Shown: positions 36,993-47,157 of the stretch, in pieces
How positions within the stretch are numbered: the stretch's first letter is position 1
How the letters are laid out: each line of letters opens with the position of its first letter
Assembly: GCF_053078305.1 (NCBI RefSeq)
Contig: NZ_CP166875.1
Reading direction: 5' to 3' (one strand)
DNA length: 64,000 nt
Source of the DNA: a plasmid
The notes under the pieces: model-generated
Database searches by the model: none
The model's input: the letters and a program-made list of their open reading frames with translations, nothing else
Told to the model about the DNA's origin: nothing
Translations under genes and position numbers: made by a program

Positions 36993-39623
36993 ATGAGTAA
37001 TAACCCACTTGAGGTCGTCACTCAGGCGGTCAATTCACTGCTGACCGCACTTAAATTACCGGATGAATCTGCTCAGGCTAATCAGATCCTCGGTGAGATG
37101 AACTTCCCGCAGTTCAGCCGTCTGCTGCCATACCGTGATTACAACCAGGAATCCGGTCTGTTCATGAATGACTCCACAATGGGCTTTATGCTGGAAGCCA
37201 TTCCCATCAATGGTGCGAATGAGACCATTGTGGAGGCTCTCGACCATATGCTGCGCACCAAACTGCCGCGCGGTATTCCGCTGTGTATCCATCTGATGTC
37301 CAGCCAGCTGGTTGGCGAGCGGATTGAGTACGGGCTGCGTGAGTTCTCCTGGTCAGGTGAACAGGCAGAACGGTTTAACGCCATTACCCGGGCCTATTAC
37401 ATGAAAGCCGCAGAAACACTGTTTCCGCTGCCGGAAGGGTTGAACCTGCCTCTGACCCTGCGCCATTACCGGGTGTTTATCTCGTACTGTTCTCCCTCGA
37501 AGAAAAAAAGCCGGGCCGACATTCTGGAAATGGAAAACCTGGTGAAAATCATCCGGGCGTCTCTGCAGGGAGCATATATCACCACGCAGACGGTGGATGC
37601 ACAGGCTTTCATCGATATTGTCGGGGAGATGATTAACCATAACCCGGACTCCCTGTACCCGAAAAGACGTCAGCTGGACCCGTATTCTGATTTGAATTAT
37701 CAGTGCGTGGAGGACAGTTTTGACCTGAAGGTCCGGGCAGATTACCTGACGCTGGGACTGCGTGAGAACGGCAGGAACAGCACTGCCCGCATCCTGAATT
37801 TCCATCTGGCCCGTAACCCGGAAATCGCCTTCCTGTGGAACATGGCCGACAACTACAGCAACCTGCTGAACCCGGAACTGTCCATCTCCTGCCCGTTCAT
37901 TCTGACGCTGACCCTGGTGGTGGAAGACCAGGTGAAAACCCACAGCGAAGCCAACCTGAAGTACATGGACCTGGAGAAAAAGTCGAAGACCTCCTATGCC
38001 AAATGGTTTCCGTCCGTGGAGAAAGAAGCGAAGGAGTGGGGGGAACTGCGTCAGCGGCTGGGCTCCGGTCAGTCTTCTGTCGTGTCCTACTTCCTCAACA
38101 TCACAGCATTCTGCAAGGACAATAATGAAACGGCACTGGAAGTGGAGCAGGATATCCTGAACAGCTTCCGTAAAAACGGTTTTGAACTGATTTCACCGCG
38201 CTTTAACCACATGCGCAATTTCCTGACCTGCCTGCCCTTTATGGCCGGGAAAGGGTTGTTTAAACAACTGAAAGAGGCCGGAGTGGTTCAGCGCGCAGAG
38301 AGCTTTAATGTGGCCAACCTGATGCCGTTAGTGGCGGATAACCCCCTGACGCCGGCAGGTCTGCTGGCACCCACCTACCGTAACCAGCTGGCGTTTATCG
38401 ATATTTTCTTCCGGGGGATGAATAACACCAACTACAACATGGCGGTCTGTGGCACTTCCGGGGCCGGTAAAACCGGGCTGATACAGCCACTTATCCGCAG
38501 TGTGCTGGACTCCGGGGGTTTTGCTGTGGTGTTCGACATGGGGGATGGCTACAAGTCCCTGTGTGAAAACATGGGGGGCGTATATCTGGACGGTGAAACC
38601 CTGCGCTTTAACCCGTTTGCGAACATCACCGATATTGACCAGTCAGCGGAGCGTGTCCGTGACCAGCTGTCGGTGATGGCCAGCCCCAACGGTAACCTGG
38701 ATGAAGTGCATGAAGGTCTGCTGCTGCAGGCGGTCAGGGCCTCCTGGCTTACCAGACAGAACCGGGCGCGTATTGATGACGTGGTGGATTTCCTGAAAAA
38801 CGCCCGGGATAACGACCAGTATGCCGAGTCCCCGACCATCCGCAGCCGTCTGGATGAAATGATAGTGCTGCTGGACCAGTACACAGCCAACGGTACTTAC
38901 GGCCAGTATTTTAACTCTGATGAACCGTCCCTGCGGGATGACGCAAAAATGGTGGTGCTGGAGCTGGGTGGACTGGAAGACCGTCCGTCCCTGCTGGTTG
39001 CGGTGATGTTCAGCCTTATCATTTACATCGAGAACCGGATGTACCGCACGCCGCGTAACCTCAAGAAACTGAACGTCATTGATGAGGGGTGGCGTCTGCT
39101 GGACTTCAAAAATCACAAGGTCGGTGAGTTTATTGAGAAAGGTTACCGTACCGCCCGCCGTCATACTGGTGCCTATATCACCATCACACAGAACATCGTC
39201 GACTTTGACTCTGACAAGGCCTCCAGTGCGGCCCGTGCGGCATGGGGTAACTCCTCCTACAAAATTATCCTCAAACAGAGTGCGAAGGAGTTCGCGAAAT
39301 ATAACCAGCTGTATCCGGACCAGTTCCTGCCACTGCAGCGCGACATGATTGGTAAGTTTGGTGCGGCCAAAGACCAGTGGTTCAGTTCCTTCCTGCTGCA
39401 GGTGGAAAACCACTCCTCCTGGCACCGTCTGTTTGTGGACCCGCTAAGCCGTGCCATGTACAGCTCTGACGGCCCGGATTTTGAGTTTGTGCAGCAGAAA
39501 CGTAAAGAGGGGCTGAGTATTCATGAGGCGGTGTGGCAGCTGGCGTGGAAGAAGTCAGGGCCGGAGATGGCTTCGCTGGAAGCATGGCTGGAAGAACATG
39601 AGAAATACAGGAGTGTTGCATGA
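36993..39623 (+). CDS. traC: T4SS ATPase TraC (VirB4 family)
   Basis: 876-aa ORF with Walker A (CGTSGAGKT) and gene order. Confidence 0.95.
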   Translation: MSNNPLEVVTQAVNSLLTALKLPDESAQANQILGEMNFPQFSRLLPYRDYNQESGLFMNDSTMGFMLEAIPINGANETIVEALDHMLRTKLPRGIPLCIHLMSSQLVGERIEYGLREFSWSGEQAERFNAITRAYYMKAAETLFPLPEGLNLPLTLRHYRVFISYCSPSKKKSRADILEMENLVKIIRASLQGAYITTQTVDAQAFIDIVGEMINHNPDSLYPKRRQLDPYSDLNYQCVEDSFDLKVRADYLTLGLRENGRNSTARILNFHLARNPEIAFLWNMADNYSNLLNPELSISCPFILTLTLVVEDQVKTHSEANLKYMDLEKKSKTSYAKWFPSVEKEAKEWGELRQRLGSGQSSVVSYFLNITAFCKDNNETALEVEQDILNSFRKNGFELISPRFNHMRNFLTCLPFMAGKGLFKQLKEAGVVQRAESFNVANLMPLVADNPLTPAGLLAPTYRNQLAFIDIFFRGMNNTNYNMAVCGTSGAGKTGLIQPLIRSVLDSGGFAVVFDMGDGYKSLCENMGGVYLDGETLRFNPFANITDIDQSAERVRDQLSVMASPNGNLDEVHEGLLLQAVRASWLTRQNRARIDDVVDFLKNARDNDQYAESPTIRSRLDEMIVLLDQYTANGTYGQYFNSDEPSLRDDAKMVVLELGGLEDRPSLLVAVMFSLIIYIENRMYRTPRNLKKLNVIDEGWRLLDFKNHKVGEFIEKGYRTARRHTGAYITITQNIVDFDSDKASSAARAAWGNSSYKIILKQSAKEFAKYNQLYPDQFLPLQRDMIGKFGAAKDQWFSSFLLQVENHSSWHRLFVDPLSRAMYSSDGPDFEFVQQKRKEGLSIHEAVWQLAWKKSGPEMASLEAWLEEHEKYRSVA

Positions 39624-40006
39624 CCACAACGCAAAAAACGACTGATGTGACAGCCCGTCGACGCAGCCACTGGTGGTGGACGGTGCCGGGATGCCTGGCA
39701 ATGGTGTTACTGAACGCAGCCGTCAGTTACGGCATTGTCAGACTGAACACGCCGGTAACCGTCGCCTTCAACATGAAACAGACAGTGGATGCGTTTTTTG
39801 ACAGCGCCAGCCAGAAAAAACTGTCAGAAGCGCAGTCGAAGGCGCTGGCTGACCGTTTTAACGCGGCACTGGAGGCCAGTCTGCAGACGTGGCAGCAGAA
39901 GCACCACGCTGTCATTCTGGTGTCGCCTGCCGTGGTACAGGGGGCACCGGATATCACCCGTGAAATCCAGCAGGATATTGCCCGGCGAATGAGGGCAGAA
40001 CCATGA
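39620..40006 (+). CDS. trbI: TrbI
   Basis: 128-aa ORF overlapping traC stop, gene order. Confidence 0.85.
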   Translation: MTTTQKTTDVTARRRSHWWWTVPGCLAMVLLNAAVSYGIVRLNTPVTVAFNMKQTVDAFFDSASQKKLSEAQSKALADRFNAALEASLQTWQQKHHAVILVSPAVVQGAPDITREIQQDIARRMRAEP

Positions 40007-40635
40007 GATGCCGGGGGCTGATTGCCCTGCTGGTATGGGGGCAGAGTGTGGCTGCAGCTGATCTTGGCACCTGGGGGGATTTGTGGCCGGTAAAGGAGGC
40101 GGACATGCTGACGGTGATTATGCAGCGTCTGACAGCTCTGGAGCAGTCCGGAGAGATGGGCCGGAAAATGGATGCGTTTAAGGAGCGGGTGATCCGCAAC
40201 AGCCTGCGGCCCCCTGCCGTGCCCGGTATCGGTCGGACGGAGAAATACAGCAGCCGCCTGTTTGACCCGTCTGTCAGACTGGCTGCGGATATCCGGGATA
40301 ACGAAGGTCGTATCTTCGCCCGCCAGGGGGAGGTGATGAACCCGCTGCAGTATGTGCCTTTTAACCAGACACTGTATTTCATCAACGGTGATGATCCTGA
40401 GCAGATTGAATGGATGAAGCGCCAGACGCCTCCCACACTGGAGAGCAAAATTATCCTGGTGCAGGGCAGTATCCCGGAGATGCAGAAGGCTCTGGACAGT
40501 CGTGTTTACTTTGATCAGAACGGCGTGATCTGCCAGCGTCTCGGCATTGATCAGGTGCCGGCACGGGTGAGTGCTGTCAGTGGCGATCGTTTCCTGAAGG
40601 TGGAGTTTATTCCGGTCGGGGAGGGAGGGAAATGA
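40003..40635 (+). CDS. traW: TraW
   Basis: 210-aa ORF, gene order. Confidence 0.88.
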   Translation: MRCRGLIALLVWGQSVAAADLGTWGDLWPVKEADMLTVIMQRLTALEQSGEMGRKMDAFKERVIRNSLRPPAVPGIGRTEKYSSRLFDPSVRLAADIRDNEGRIFARQGEVMNPLQYVPFNQTLYFINGDDPEQIEWMKRQTPPTLESKIILVQGSIPEMQKALDSRVYFDQNGVICQRLGIDQVPARVSAVSGDRFLKVEFIPVGEGGK

Positions 40636-41624
40636 AACGGTGTATGTGGTTGTGTGTGGTTTTGCTGCTGACTGGCCATGTTCCCGCAGCCTCAGCGGAC
40701 GCTGCCTGTGAAGGGCGGTTTGTTAACCCGATCACGGATATCTGCTGGAACTGCATTTTTCCACTGTCGCTGGGCAGCACAAAAGTGAGTCAGGGGAAGG
40801 TGCCGGATACAATAAACCCGTCAATGCCGATCCAGTTCTGTCCTGCGCCACCGCCTGTATTTAAACGTATCGGGCTGGCTATTGGTTACTGGGAGCCGAT
40901 GGCACTGACGGATGTGACCCGCAGTCCGGGATGTATGGTAAATCTTGGAATAACAATCCCGGAGCTGGGGAAAACCGGGCAGGGAACGGCCAAAAAAGAC
41001 GACAAGCAGGTGAACGGGGCATTTTACCATGTTCACTGGTACAAATACCCGCTGACATACTGGCTGAGTATTATCACCTCAGCAGGATGTCTGATGGGCG
41101 GCGATATGGATATCGGGTACATCTCAGAAATTGACCCTACCTGGACAGACAGCAGTCTGACCACCATTCTCAACCCGGAAGCGGTCATCTTTGCAAATCC
41201 GATAGCACAGGGAGCCTGTGCGGTGGATGCCATTGCCAGTGCCTTTAACAAGCCGCTGGATATCCTGTTCTGGTGTGCCGGTTCGCAGGGCAGTATGTAT
41301 CCGTTTAATGGCTGGGTGAGCAATGAATCCAGTCCGTTGCAGTCATCCCTGCTGGTCAGTGAACGGATGGCGTTTAAGCTCCACCGTCAGGGAATGATAA
41401 TGAACAGCATCGGCGTGGATGTGGCTGTCTGTTATGAATATCCGTCGCCCATACTTCCCAAAGAGCGCTGGCGTTATCAGATGGTGAATATGTACCCGGA
41501 CAGCGGACAGTGCCATCCGTTCGGACGCAGTGTGATGCGCTGGGAGACGGGAAAAAATCCGCCCAACACAAAGAAAAACTTCGGTTACCTGATGTGGCGT
41601 AAACGTAACTGTGTGTTCCTGTAA
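40632..41624 (+). CDS. traU: TraU
   Basis: 330-aa ORF, signal peptide, gene order. Confidence 0.92.
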   Translation: MKRCMWLCVVLLLTGHVPAASADAACEGRFVNPITDICWNCIFPLSLGSTKVSQGKVPDTINPSMPIQFCPAPPPVFKRIGLAIGYWEPMALTDVTRSPGCMVNLGITIPELGKTGQGTAKKDDKQVNGAFYHVHWYKYPLTYWLSIITSAGCLMGGDMDIGYISEIDPTWTDSSLTTILNPEAVIFANPIAQGACAVDAIASAFNKPLDILFWCAGSQGSMYPFNGWVSNESSPLQSSLLVSERMAFKLHRQGMIMNSIGVDVAVCYEYPSPILPKERWRYQMVNMYPDSGQCHPFGRSVMRWETGKNPPNTKKNFGYLMWRKRNCVFL

Positions 41625-41637
41625 TCGGGAAAATGTG

Positions 41638-42180
41638 ATGCGCAACAGTAAAGTGCAACTTGTATCAATCCTCAGACAGGTCAGTCTTTCACTGAACACG
41701 GAGCCATTACGACAGTTTATCTCTCTGAGGGAGATTGCAGAAGAGACGGATCACGTCGCTGCTCGTTTGTCCGGAGGAAAACGGGTAACACCTGCACAAA
41801 TTTATGAATTGTGTGCACAGTTATGGATGGCCAGGATGAAGGCAGTTGAAGTTTATGGGCGACATTCTGATGTGGTGATGTCTCTGGAAAGACAGACTGA
41901 TTTACTTGAGGCTGCAGGCAACGTATTAAAACAACGCTGGTTTTACCGTCCGTGGGGATCATCAAAAGCATCTGTGATGCTGACAGGTATACTGGTGATC
42001 CCCGTATTTCTGGTTTTATCCGGATTGTTGAGTGCAGGGTATCCCGGGTTATTATGTATTACCGTATCCGGCTGTTATTTTTCCGGGATTGCCGCTTTTT
42101 CTTTGCGGGCTAAAGATCCAGTCGGGCTTTGCTGGTCTGTGTTCTGTTTTATTCTGCTATATCTGCTCCTGAAAAAATGA
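41638..42180 (+). CDS. Hypothetical membrane protein (about 180 aa), non-canonical ORF after traU
   Basis: ORF 41611..42180; C-terminal TM helices; low GC. Confidence 0.55.
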   Translation: MRNSKVQLVSILRQVSLSLNTEPLRQFISLREIAEETDHVAARLSGGKRVTPAQIYELCAQLWMARMKAVEVYGRHSDVVMSLERQTDLLEAAGNVLKQRWFYRPWGSSKASVMLTGILVIPVFLVLSGLLSAGYPGLLCITVSGCYFSGIAAFSLRAKDPVGLCWSVFCFILLYLLLKK

Positions 42181-42182
42181 GA

Positions 42183-42974
42183 TTAATTATTCTGCGTCTG
42201 AATAATGAATGCTCCGCCATTGCGATGTACTCTGAATCCATTGGGATGCCTCCTGCAGGAGAACAGTCTGTAGCGGGTTTTTCCCCCATACCTCAGATTC
42301 AGGACAATAGTTTCACAGAGTGGCGTCTTCCTTGCCTTTTCTTTATATAGTATACCTTTTTTTTTCAGGTTATTAGCTATTCTGTTTCGGATTCCGTGGC
42401 GCAGGATGTGAGACTGTAATGTGATCGTGTTATAAGACGGATAGCATAATATGAAATGTTCAATATTTCCGACAAGCTTGTCTGCGTTGATTCTTGAGGA
42501 TACTTTGACAGATGGTCTGGTAATATATTGTGGATGTATATCGATTCTCAGGCTGGATATAAAGGGGGTAAGATAAAGACCCGTAACAGGCGTTCTGAGC
42601 ATGGACGATGAGAAAAAGAACAGAAAAAACCATAGTGTAATTACAGATATCCCTGACCTGATAATTACAGAGTATATGTTTCCGCTGAAAGGTGAATAAT
42701 CTTTTTGTATCATCAGATGTATGATGGATGACAGTAAAAACAAAATAAAGCCAGCCGGGAATGGTCTTCTCAGAACTCTGAAAAAGAGACTGTTATTTAT
42801 GAAGCGAAAACGAAGCAGGACCGTTAACAACAGCGATAAGAATATCAGTATTATGACCATTTGCACTCCGAAACTGATACATGAACAGATGTTTAAGGGT
42901 GATATTAAATGAGTGAAGGGACAAGAGTAAATGATTTTGCTTATGTCAAACAGGCCCTTTTGGCGGTGTTTCAT
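42183..42974 (-). CDS. Possible antisense-oriented polytopic membrane protein (263-aa ORF)
   Basis: 790-bp open frame in AT-rich DNA with no long plus-strand ORF across the same interval; very hydrophobic translation. Confidence 0.3.
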   Translation of the reverse strand: MKHRQKGLFDISKIIYSCPFTHLISPLNICSCISFGVQMVIILIFLSLLLTVLLRFRFINNSLFFRVLRRPFPAGFILFLLSSIIHLMIQKDYSPFSGNIYSVIIRSGISVITLWFFLFFFSSSMLRTPVTGLYLTPFISSLRIDIHPQYITRPSVKVSSRINADKLVGNIEHFILCYPSYNTITLQSHILRHGIRNRIANNLKKKGILYKEKARKTPLCETIVLNLRYGGKTRYRLFSCRRHPNGFRVHRNGGAFIIQTQNN

Positions 42975-43355
42975 CGGATGAATACCCGGCCGCTCACCAG
43001 GCTATGTGAAAAAGATGATATTCAGCGTGGAATTGCAGATATTCAATGGATGTTACATCATCACTATTATCCATCACCCGGACAGGTTTGTTTTATAATA
43101 TTTTTATTGCGGGATGAGAAGTTCCGGGTAGTGCGGGAAGATGGGCGTCAGTCATTCCTTGCAGTTGAAATTCAGTCGTTAATTGATGTTCTGAAAGATA
43201 TACGGAAATACCTGCAGTTTGTGACACGGTATGACTGTGATGGTTGTATTATCAGGCTGCATGCCAGTGCTGAACGTAAATACCTGTGGATTTTCCTTGA
43301 GTGTGTAATTGTGTTTATTTTGTGTGCTGTGCTGTTTTTTCTGATTATCTGTTAA
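42909..43355 (+). CDS. Hypothetical protein, 148 aa, C-terminal TM anchor
   Basis: ORF in low-GC insert. Confidence 0.5.
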   Translation: MSEGTRVNDFAYVKQALLAVFHRMNTRPLTRLCEKDDIQRGIADIQWMLHHHYYPSPGQVCFIIFLLRDEKFRVVREDGRQSFLAVEIQSLIDVLKDIRKYLQFVTRYDCDGCIIRLHASAERKYLWIFLECVIVFILCAVLFFLIIC

Positions 43356-43367
43356 AAACACCTGGTG

Positions 43368-43543
43368 GTGAACATGTACCCGGACAGCGGACAGCGGACA
43401 GCGGACAGCGGACAGCGGACAGCGGACAGTGCCATCCGTTCGGGCGCAGTGTGATGCGCCGGGAGACGGAAAAAAATCCGCCTGACACAAAGAAAAACTT
43501 CGGTTACCTGATGTGGCGTAAACGTAACTGTGTATTTCTGTAA
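43368..43543 (+). repeat. Duplicated 3' end of traU (remnant) with expanded GGACAGC heptamer array
   Basis: About 175 bp highly similar to 41490-41624 (traU 3' end), except that the heptamer GGACAGC is present in about 6 tandem units (43378-43422) versus about 2 in intact traU. Confidence 0.9.
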
Positions 43544-43569
43544 CTTAAACAAAAAGAGGAATATTTTAA

Positions 43570-43902
43570 ATGGAAAAGAAATTAAGCAGTAAATACATTC
43601 ATATTTATATGAGTATATCCTGTGTGTTCATTCGTTTGACAGGCAAAGCATTAAAATTGTTTCCTTTTGCACTGGTGATGCTATTCACGGTGTTGTTTTA
43701 TTTTATGCCTGAAAATGTTATCTGTGACATTATCAGTGAATGGCAGAGAAGTGATGTGTCAGACAGGATCAGAGTTATCAGACTATATCTGGGAACAACT
43801 TTTTTATGCACCTGGGCGGCTGTTTTTTTGGAGTTTCTCTGCTCTGATGAGTTTCTGCCGGGAAAGAGATTAAACAAAAATGAAGAAGAGAATAACGGGT
43901 AA
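43570..43902 (+). CDS. Hypothetical membrane protein, 110 aa
   Basis: ORF with hydrophobic segments, between the traU remnant and trbC. Confidence 0.5.
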   Translation: MEKKLSSKYIHIYMSISCVFIRLTGKALKLFPFALVMLFTVLFYFMPENVICDIISEWQRSDVSDRIRVIRLYLGTTFLCTWAAVFLEFLCSDEFLPGKRLNKNEEENNG

Positions 43903-44130
43903 TATCTGACTCATTTTATGTGCATCGGTCAGAAATGAATTAATGATTTAACAGAGTGAATATCCGGTATCGTTTATCTAATTGCTGCCAGTCTCAGAAA
44001 AAAGATAAATGGAGAAAGAAGTTAATCAACGATCTTCGTTGTGTTTAACATGGCGTCAGTTATCTCCAGGCTTGCTCTATTGAGCACCTCATTATGACGA
44101 TTAATTACTGTCTGTTTGCAGGAGAATTAT

Positions 44131-44769
44131 ATGAACAAAAAAATATACATTTTATTCGCCCTGACAGCAGGATTGTTTCTTTCTGCCCATGCTTCGGAAA
44201 ATGTGAATACGCCCGAAAATCGCCAGTTCCTGAAGCAGCAGGAAACACTGAGTCAGCAGTTGCGTGAAAAGCCGGACACACAACTGCAGGCATGGGCAGA
44301 ACAGCAGGTCAGGGCGAATCCCCTTCAGCATGCCGATAACCAGTTTCTCGATGAACTGGTCCGTAAACAGCAGGCTGCTCAGAAAGACAAACCACAGCAG
44401 GGGGCCGTGTATTTTGTGTCGTTCTCCATTCCCGAAGAGGGACTGAAACGGATGCTGGGAGAAACCAGGCACTACGGCATTCCGGCCACACTGCGGGGTA
44501 TGGTGAACAATGACCTGAAGACTACCGCTGAAGCCGTGTTGTCCCTGGTAAAAGATGGCGCGACCGATGGTGTTCAGATTGACCCGACGTTGTTTTCACA
44601 GTACGGCATCCGCAGCGTGCCGGCCCTGGTGGTGTTCTGCAGCCAGGGGCACGACATCATCCGGGGAAATCTGCGCGTCAGGCAGGCGCTGGAAAAAGTG
44701 GCCGCCACGGGAGACTGCCGGCAGGTGGCTCAGGGACTGCTGGACGGCACCGGGGATAAGCTGCAATGA
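44131..44769 (+). CDS. trbC: TrbC
   Basis: Translation MNKKIYILFALTAGLFLSAHASENVNTPENRQFLKQQE... recognised as TrbC. Confidence 0.9.
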   Translation: MNKKIYILFALTAGLFLSAHASENVNTPENRQFLKQQETLSQQLREKPDTQLQAWAEQQVRANPLQHADNQFLDELVRKQQAAQKDKPQQGAVYFVSFSIPEEGLKRMLGETRHYGIPATLRGMVNNDLKTTAEAVLSLVKDGATDGVQIDPTLFSQYGIRSVPALVVFCSQGHDIIRGNLRVRQALEKVAATGDCRQVAQGLLDGTGDKLQ

Positions 44770-45146
44770 GTTTACCTGCCGGGTATTACCGGATTGAACC
44801 GGACATCCGTGCACTGGTGGCCGCGATGAACGTTCACGGATTCCGTACATATGCCTCCTGTCAGGGACATGGTTTCCCGGTCACAAAGCTGCTGCCTTAT
44901 ATTGCCTTTGCCTGTCCGGTAAAAATGACTGCCCTTCTTGAGCAGCGACTGCGGCAGGATGCTGAATCAGCAATACCACGTCTGACATGGGGATGGTCGG
45001 TGAAGGGGGCTTTTAACAGTGACCTTCAGCTCTGTTTCCGGCTTCAGCCGGAAGGTCCTCATTGCTGGTATCACCGGTACTGTCGTCGTTCACTGCGTGC
45101 AGACTTCAGGACGCTGATATTGTTACTGAAGTCGTTATCTGAGTAG
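44766..45146 (+). CDS. Hypothetical Cys/His-rich protein, 126 aa, translationally coupled to trbC
   Basis: ORF overlapping the trbC stop (ATGA); normal GC. Confidence 0.5.
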   Translation: MSLPAGYYRIEPDIRALVAAMNVHGFRTYASCQGHGFPVTKLLPYIAFACPVKMTALLEQRLRQDAESAIPRLTWGWSVKGAFNSDLQLCFRLQPEGPHCWYHRYCRRSLRADFRTLILLLKSLSE

Positions 45147-45227
45147 TAATCCCGGTACGCCAGGAAGCTCCATACACCAAAATCAACACCGTTCTGAAGT
45201 TGAGATGACATCACTTCATTCTCCAGT

Positions 45228-47144
45228 ATGGATCAGGTTATGAAAGAAAAGATAAATACCTTTTTCAGGTCTCTGAATGTTAATGACTCCGGAAGACCGC
45301 GCAATATTTGTGCAATTGTTTTTTTCCTGAGCTTTTCTGTATTTGCCGACAGCAACAGTGATTACCGGGCAGGTTCCGATTTTGCCCGTCAGATCCAGGG
45401 GCAGGGTATTGGCAGTATTCAGAGTTTTAATCCGCAGGAGAGTATCCCCGGGTATAACGCGAACCCGGATGAGACGCAGTATTACGGTGGGGTGACTGCC
45501 GGCGGGGATGGCGGTCTGAAAAATAACGGCACCACACAATGGGCAACCAGTGAAACCGGCAAAACCATCACAGAGTCATTCATGAACAAGCCGAAAGACA
45601 TTCTGTCACCGGATGCGCCGTTTATTCAGACCGGCAGGGATGTGGTGAACCGGGCTGACAGTATCGTGGGAAATACCGGACAGCAGTGCAGTGCGCAGCA
45701 GATAAACCGCAGTGAATTCACAAACTATACCTGTGAACGTGACACGATGGTGGAGGAATATTGTTCCAGGACAGCCAGGATCACAGGAGACTGGAAATAC
45801 ACGGATGAATATCGTGAGGTGACGATACCGCACTCACAGTTCCGGTTCAGTATGAACGGTCTGAAACTGGTGTTCAGCGTTACCGTACCTGTTGCCGGGA
45901 CAGTGGAAAGTGCCTCGCTGTCGGCTCATGCAGGGCTATATTTCCTTAACTCCCGTTACGACTTTATGAACACAGCCTTTAATGTGCAACTGGTTACAGG
46001 ACAGAGCGGGACTTTCACCATACCTGTGCCCTCCGGGTTTTCTGTCACACAGGGGCAGGTTCTGACCGGTAGTGGCTGTACTGCAAACGGTAATTGCCTC
46101 CCGCACGGGAATGGTGACAGGATGGTCTATGAATCGCTTGTCAGTGGTGCTTCCACCTTTACGCTGAAACTCAGGATGAAGGTCCGTGATAAGGAATGGG
46201 TTCCACGGGTGGAGTGGGTGGAGAGTTGTCCGTTTAATAAAGCGGATGGCGTGCTGAAAGGCACTGAGTGTTCAGAGCCGGGTGGTACGAAAACGGGTGT
46301 GATGGAAGGTAAAACCTGGAGCATCACACAGGCGTGCTGGGCATACCGGGATAAATATGTCACACAGTCCGCAGATAACGGCACCTGTCAGAAATATGTC
46401 GATAATCCGGCCTGTACGCTGGCCTCACGTCAGTGCGCGTTTTATTCCGATGAGGGAGCTTGTCTGCATGAGTATGCCACGTACTCCTGCGAGTCCAGAA
46501 CGTCCGGAAAAGTGATGGTCTGTGGTGGTGATGTCTTCTGCCTTGACGGTGAATGCGACAAGGCGCAGAGCGGAAAAAGCAGTGATTTTGGTGAGGCAGT
46601 ATCACAGCTGGCTGCGCTTGCCGCCGCAGGTAAGGATGTTGCCGCCCTGAATGGTGTGGATGTCAGGGCTTTCACGGGCGAGGCGAAATTCTGCCGTAAG
46701 GCCGCAGCCGGCTTCAGTAACTGCTGTAAGGATGGTGGCTGGGGTCAGGATGTGGGTTTGGCGAAGTGCAACAGCGAAGAAAAGGCGCTGGGAAAGGCAA
46801 AGGACAACAAACTGACGGTGAGTGTGGGCGAGTTCTGCTCCCGGAAAGTGCTGGGTGTCTGTCTGCAGAAAAAGCGCAGTTACTGCCAGTTTGATTCGAA
46901 GCTGGCGCAGATAGTCCAGCAGCAGGGGCGTAACGGGCAGTTGCGTATCGGGTTTGGCAGCGCAAAAAGTCCTGACTGCCGGGGAATAACCGTGGATGAA
47001 CTGCAGCGTATTAAGTTCGACCAGCTGGACTTCACTAACTTCTACGAAGACCTGATGAATAACCAGAAAATCCCGGATAATGGTGCGCTGACCGAAAAAG
47101 TGAAAGAGCAGATTGCCGGTCAGCTGAAACAGGTGGGGCAGTAA
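45228..47144 (+). CDS. traN: Mating-pair stabilization outer-membrane protein TraN
   Basis: Cysteine-rich C-terminal half (CWAYRDKYVTQSADNGTCQKYVDNPACTL..., GKVMVCGGDVFCLDGECD) recognised as TraN; start codon uncertain (45228 or 45240). Confidence 0.92.
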   Translation: MDQVMKEKINTFFRSLNVNDSGRPRNICAIVFFLSFSVFADSNSDYRAGSDFARQIQGQGIGSIQSFNPQESIPGYNANPDETQYYGGVTAGGDGGLKNNGTTQWATSETGKTITESFMNKPKDILSPDAPFIQTGRDVVNRADSIVGNTGQQCSAQQINRSEFTNYTCERDTMVEEYCSRTARITGDWKYTDEYREVTIPHSQFRFSMNGLKLVFSVTVPVAGTVESASLSAHAGLYFLNSRYDFMNTAFNVQLVTGQSGTFTIPVPSGFSVTQGQVLTGSGCTANGNCLPHGNGDRMVYESLVSGASTFTLKLRMKVRDKEWVPRVEWVESCPFNKADGVLKGTECSEPGGTKTGVMEGKTWSITQACWAYRDKYVTQSADNGTCQKYVDNPACTLASRQCAFYSDEGACLHEYATYSCESRTSGKVMVCGGDVFCLDGECDKAQSGKSSDFGEAVSQLAALAAAGKDVAALNGVDVRAFTGEAKFCRKAAAGFSNCCKDGGWGQDVGLAKCNSEEKALGKAKDNKLTVSVGEFCSRKVLGVCLQKKRSYCQFDSKLAQIVQQQGRNGQLRIGFGSAKSPDCRGITVDELQRIKFDQLDFTNFYEDLMNNQKIPDNGALTEKVKEQIAGQLKQVGQ

Positions 47145-47157
47145 GGTCGGGAAAATA

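Noticed and set aside
43378-43422. Tandem GGACAGC array considered as a possible CRISPR-like or iteron array
   Set aside because: Units are 7 bp with no spacers; this is an expanded microsatellite within a duplicated traU 3' fragment.
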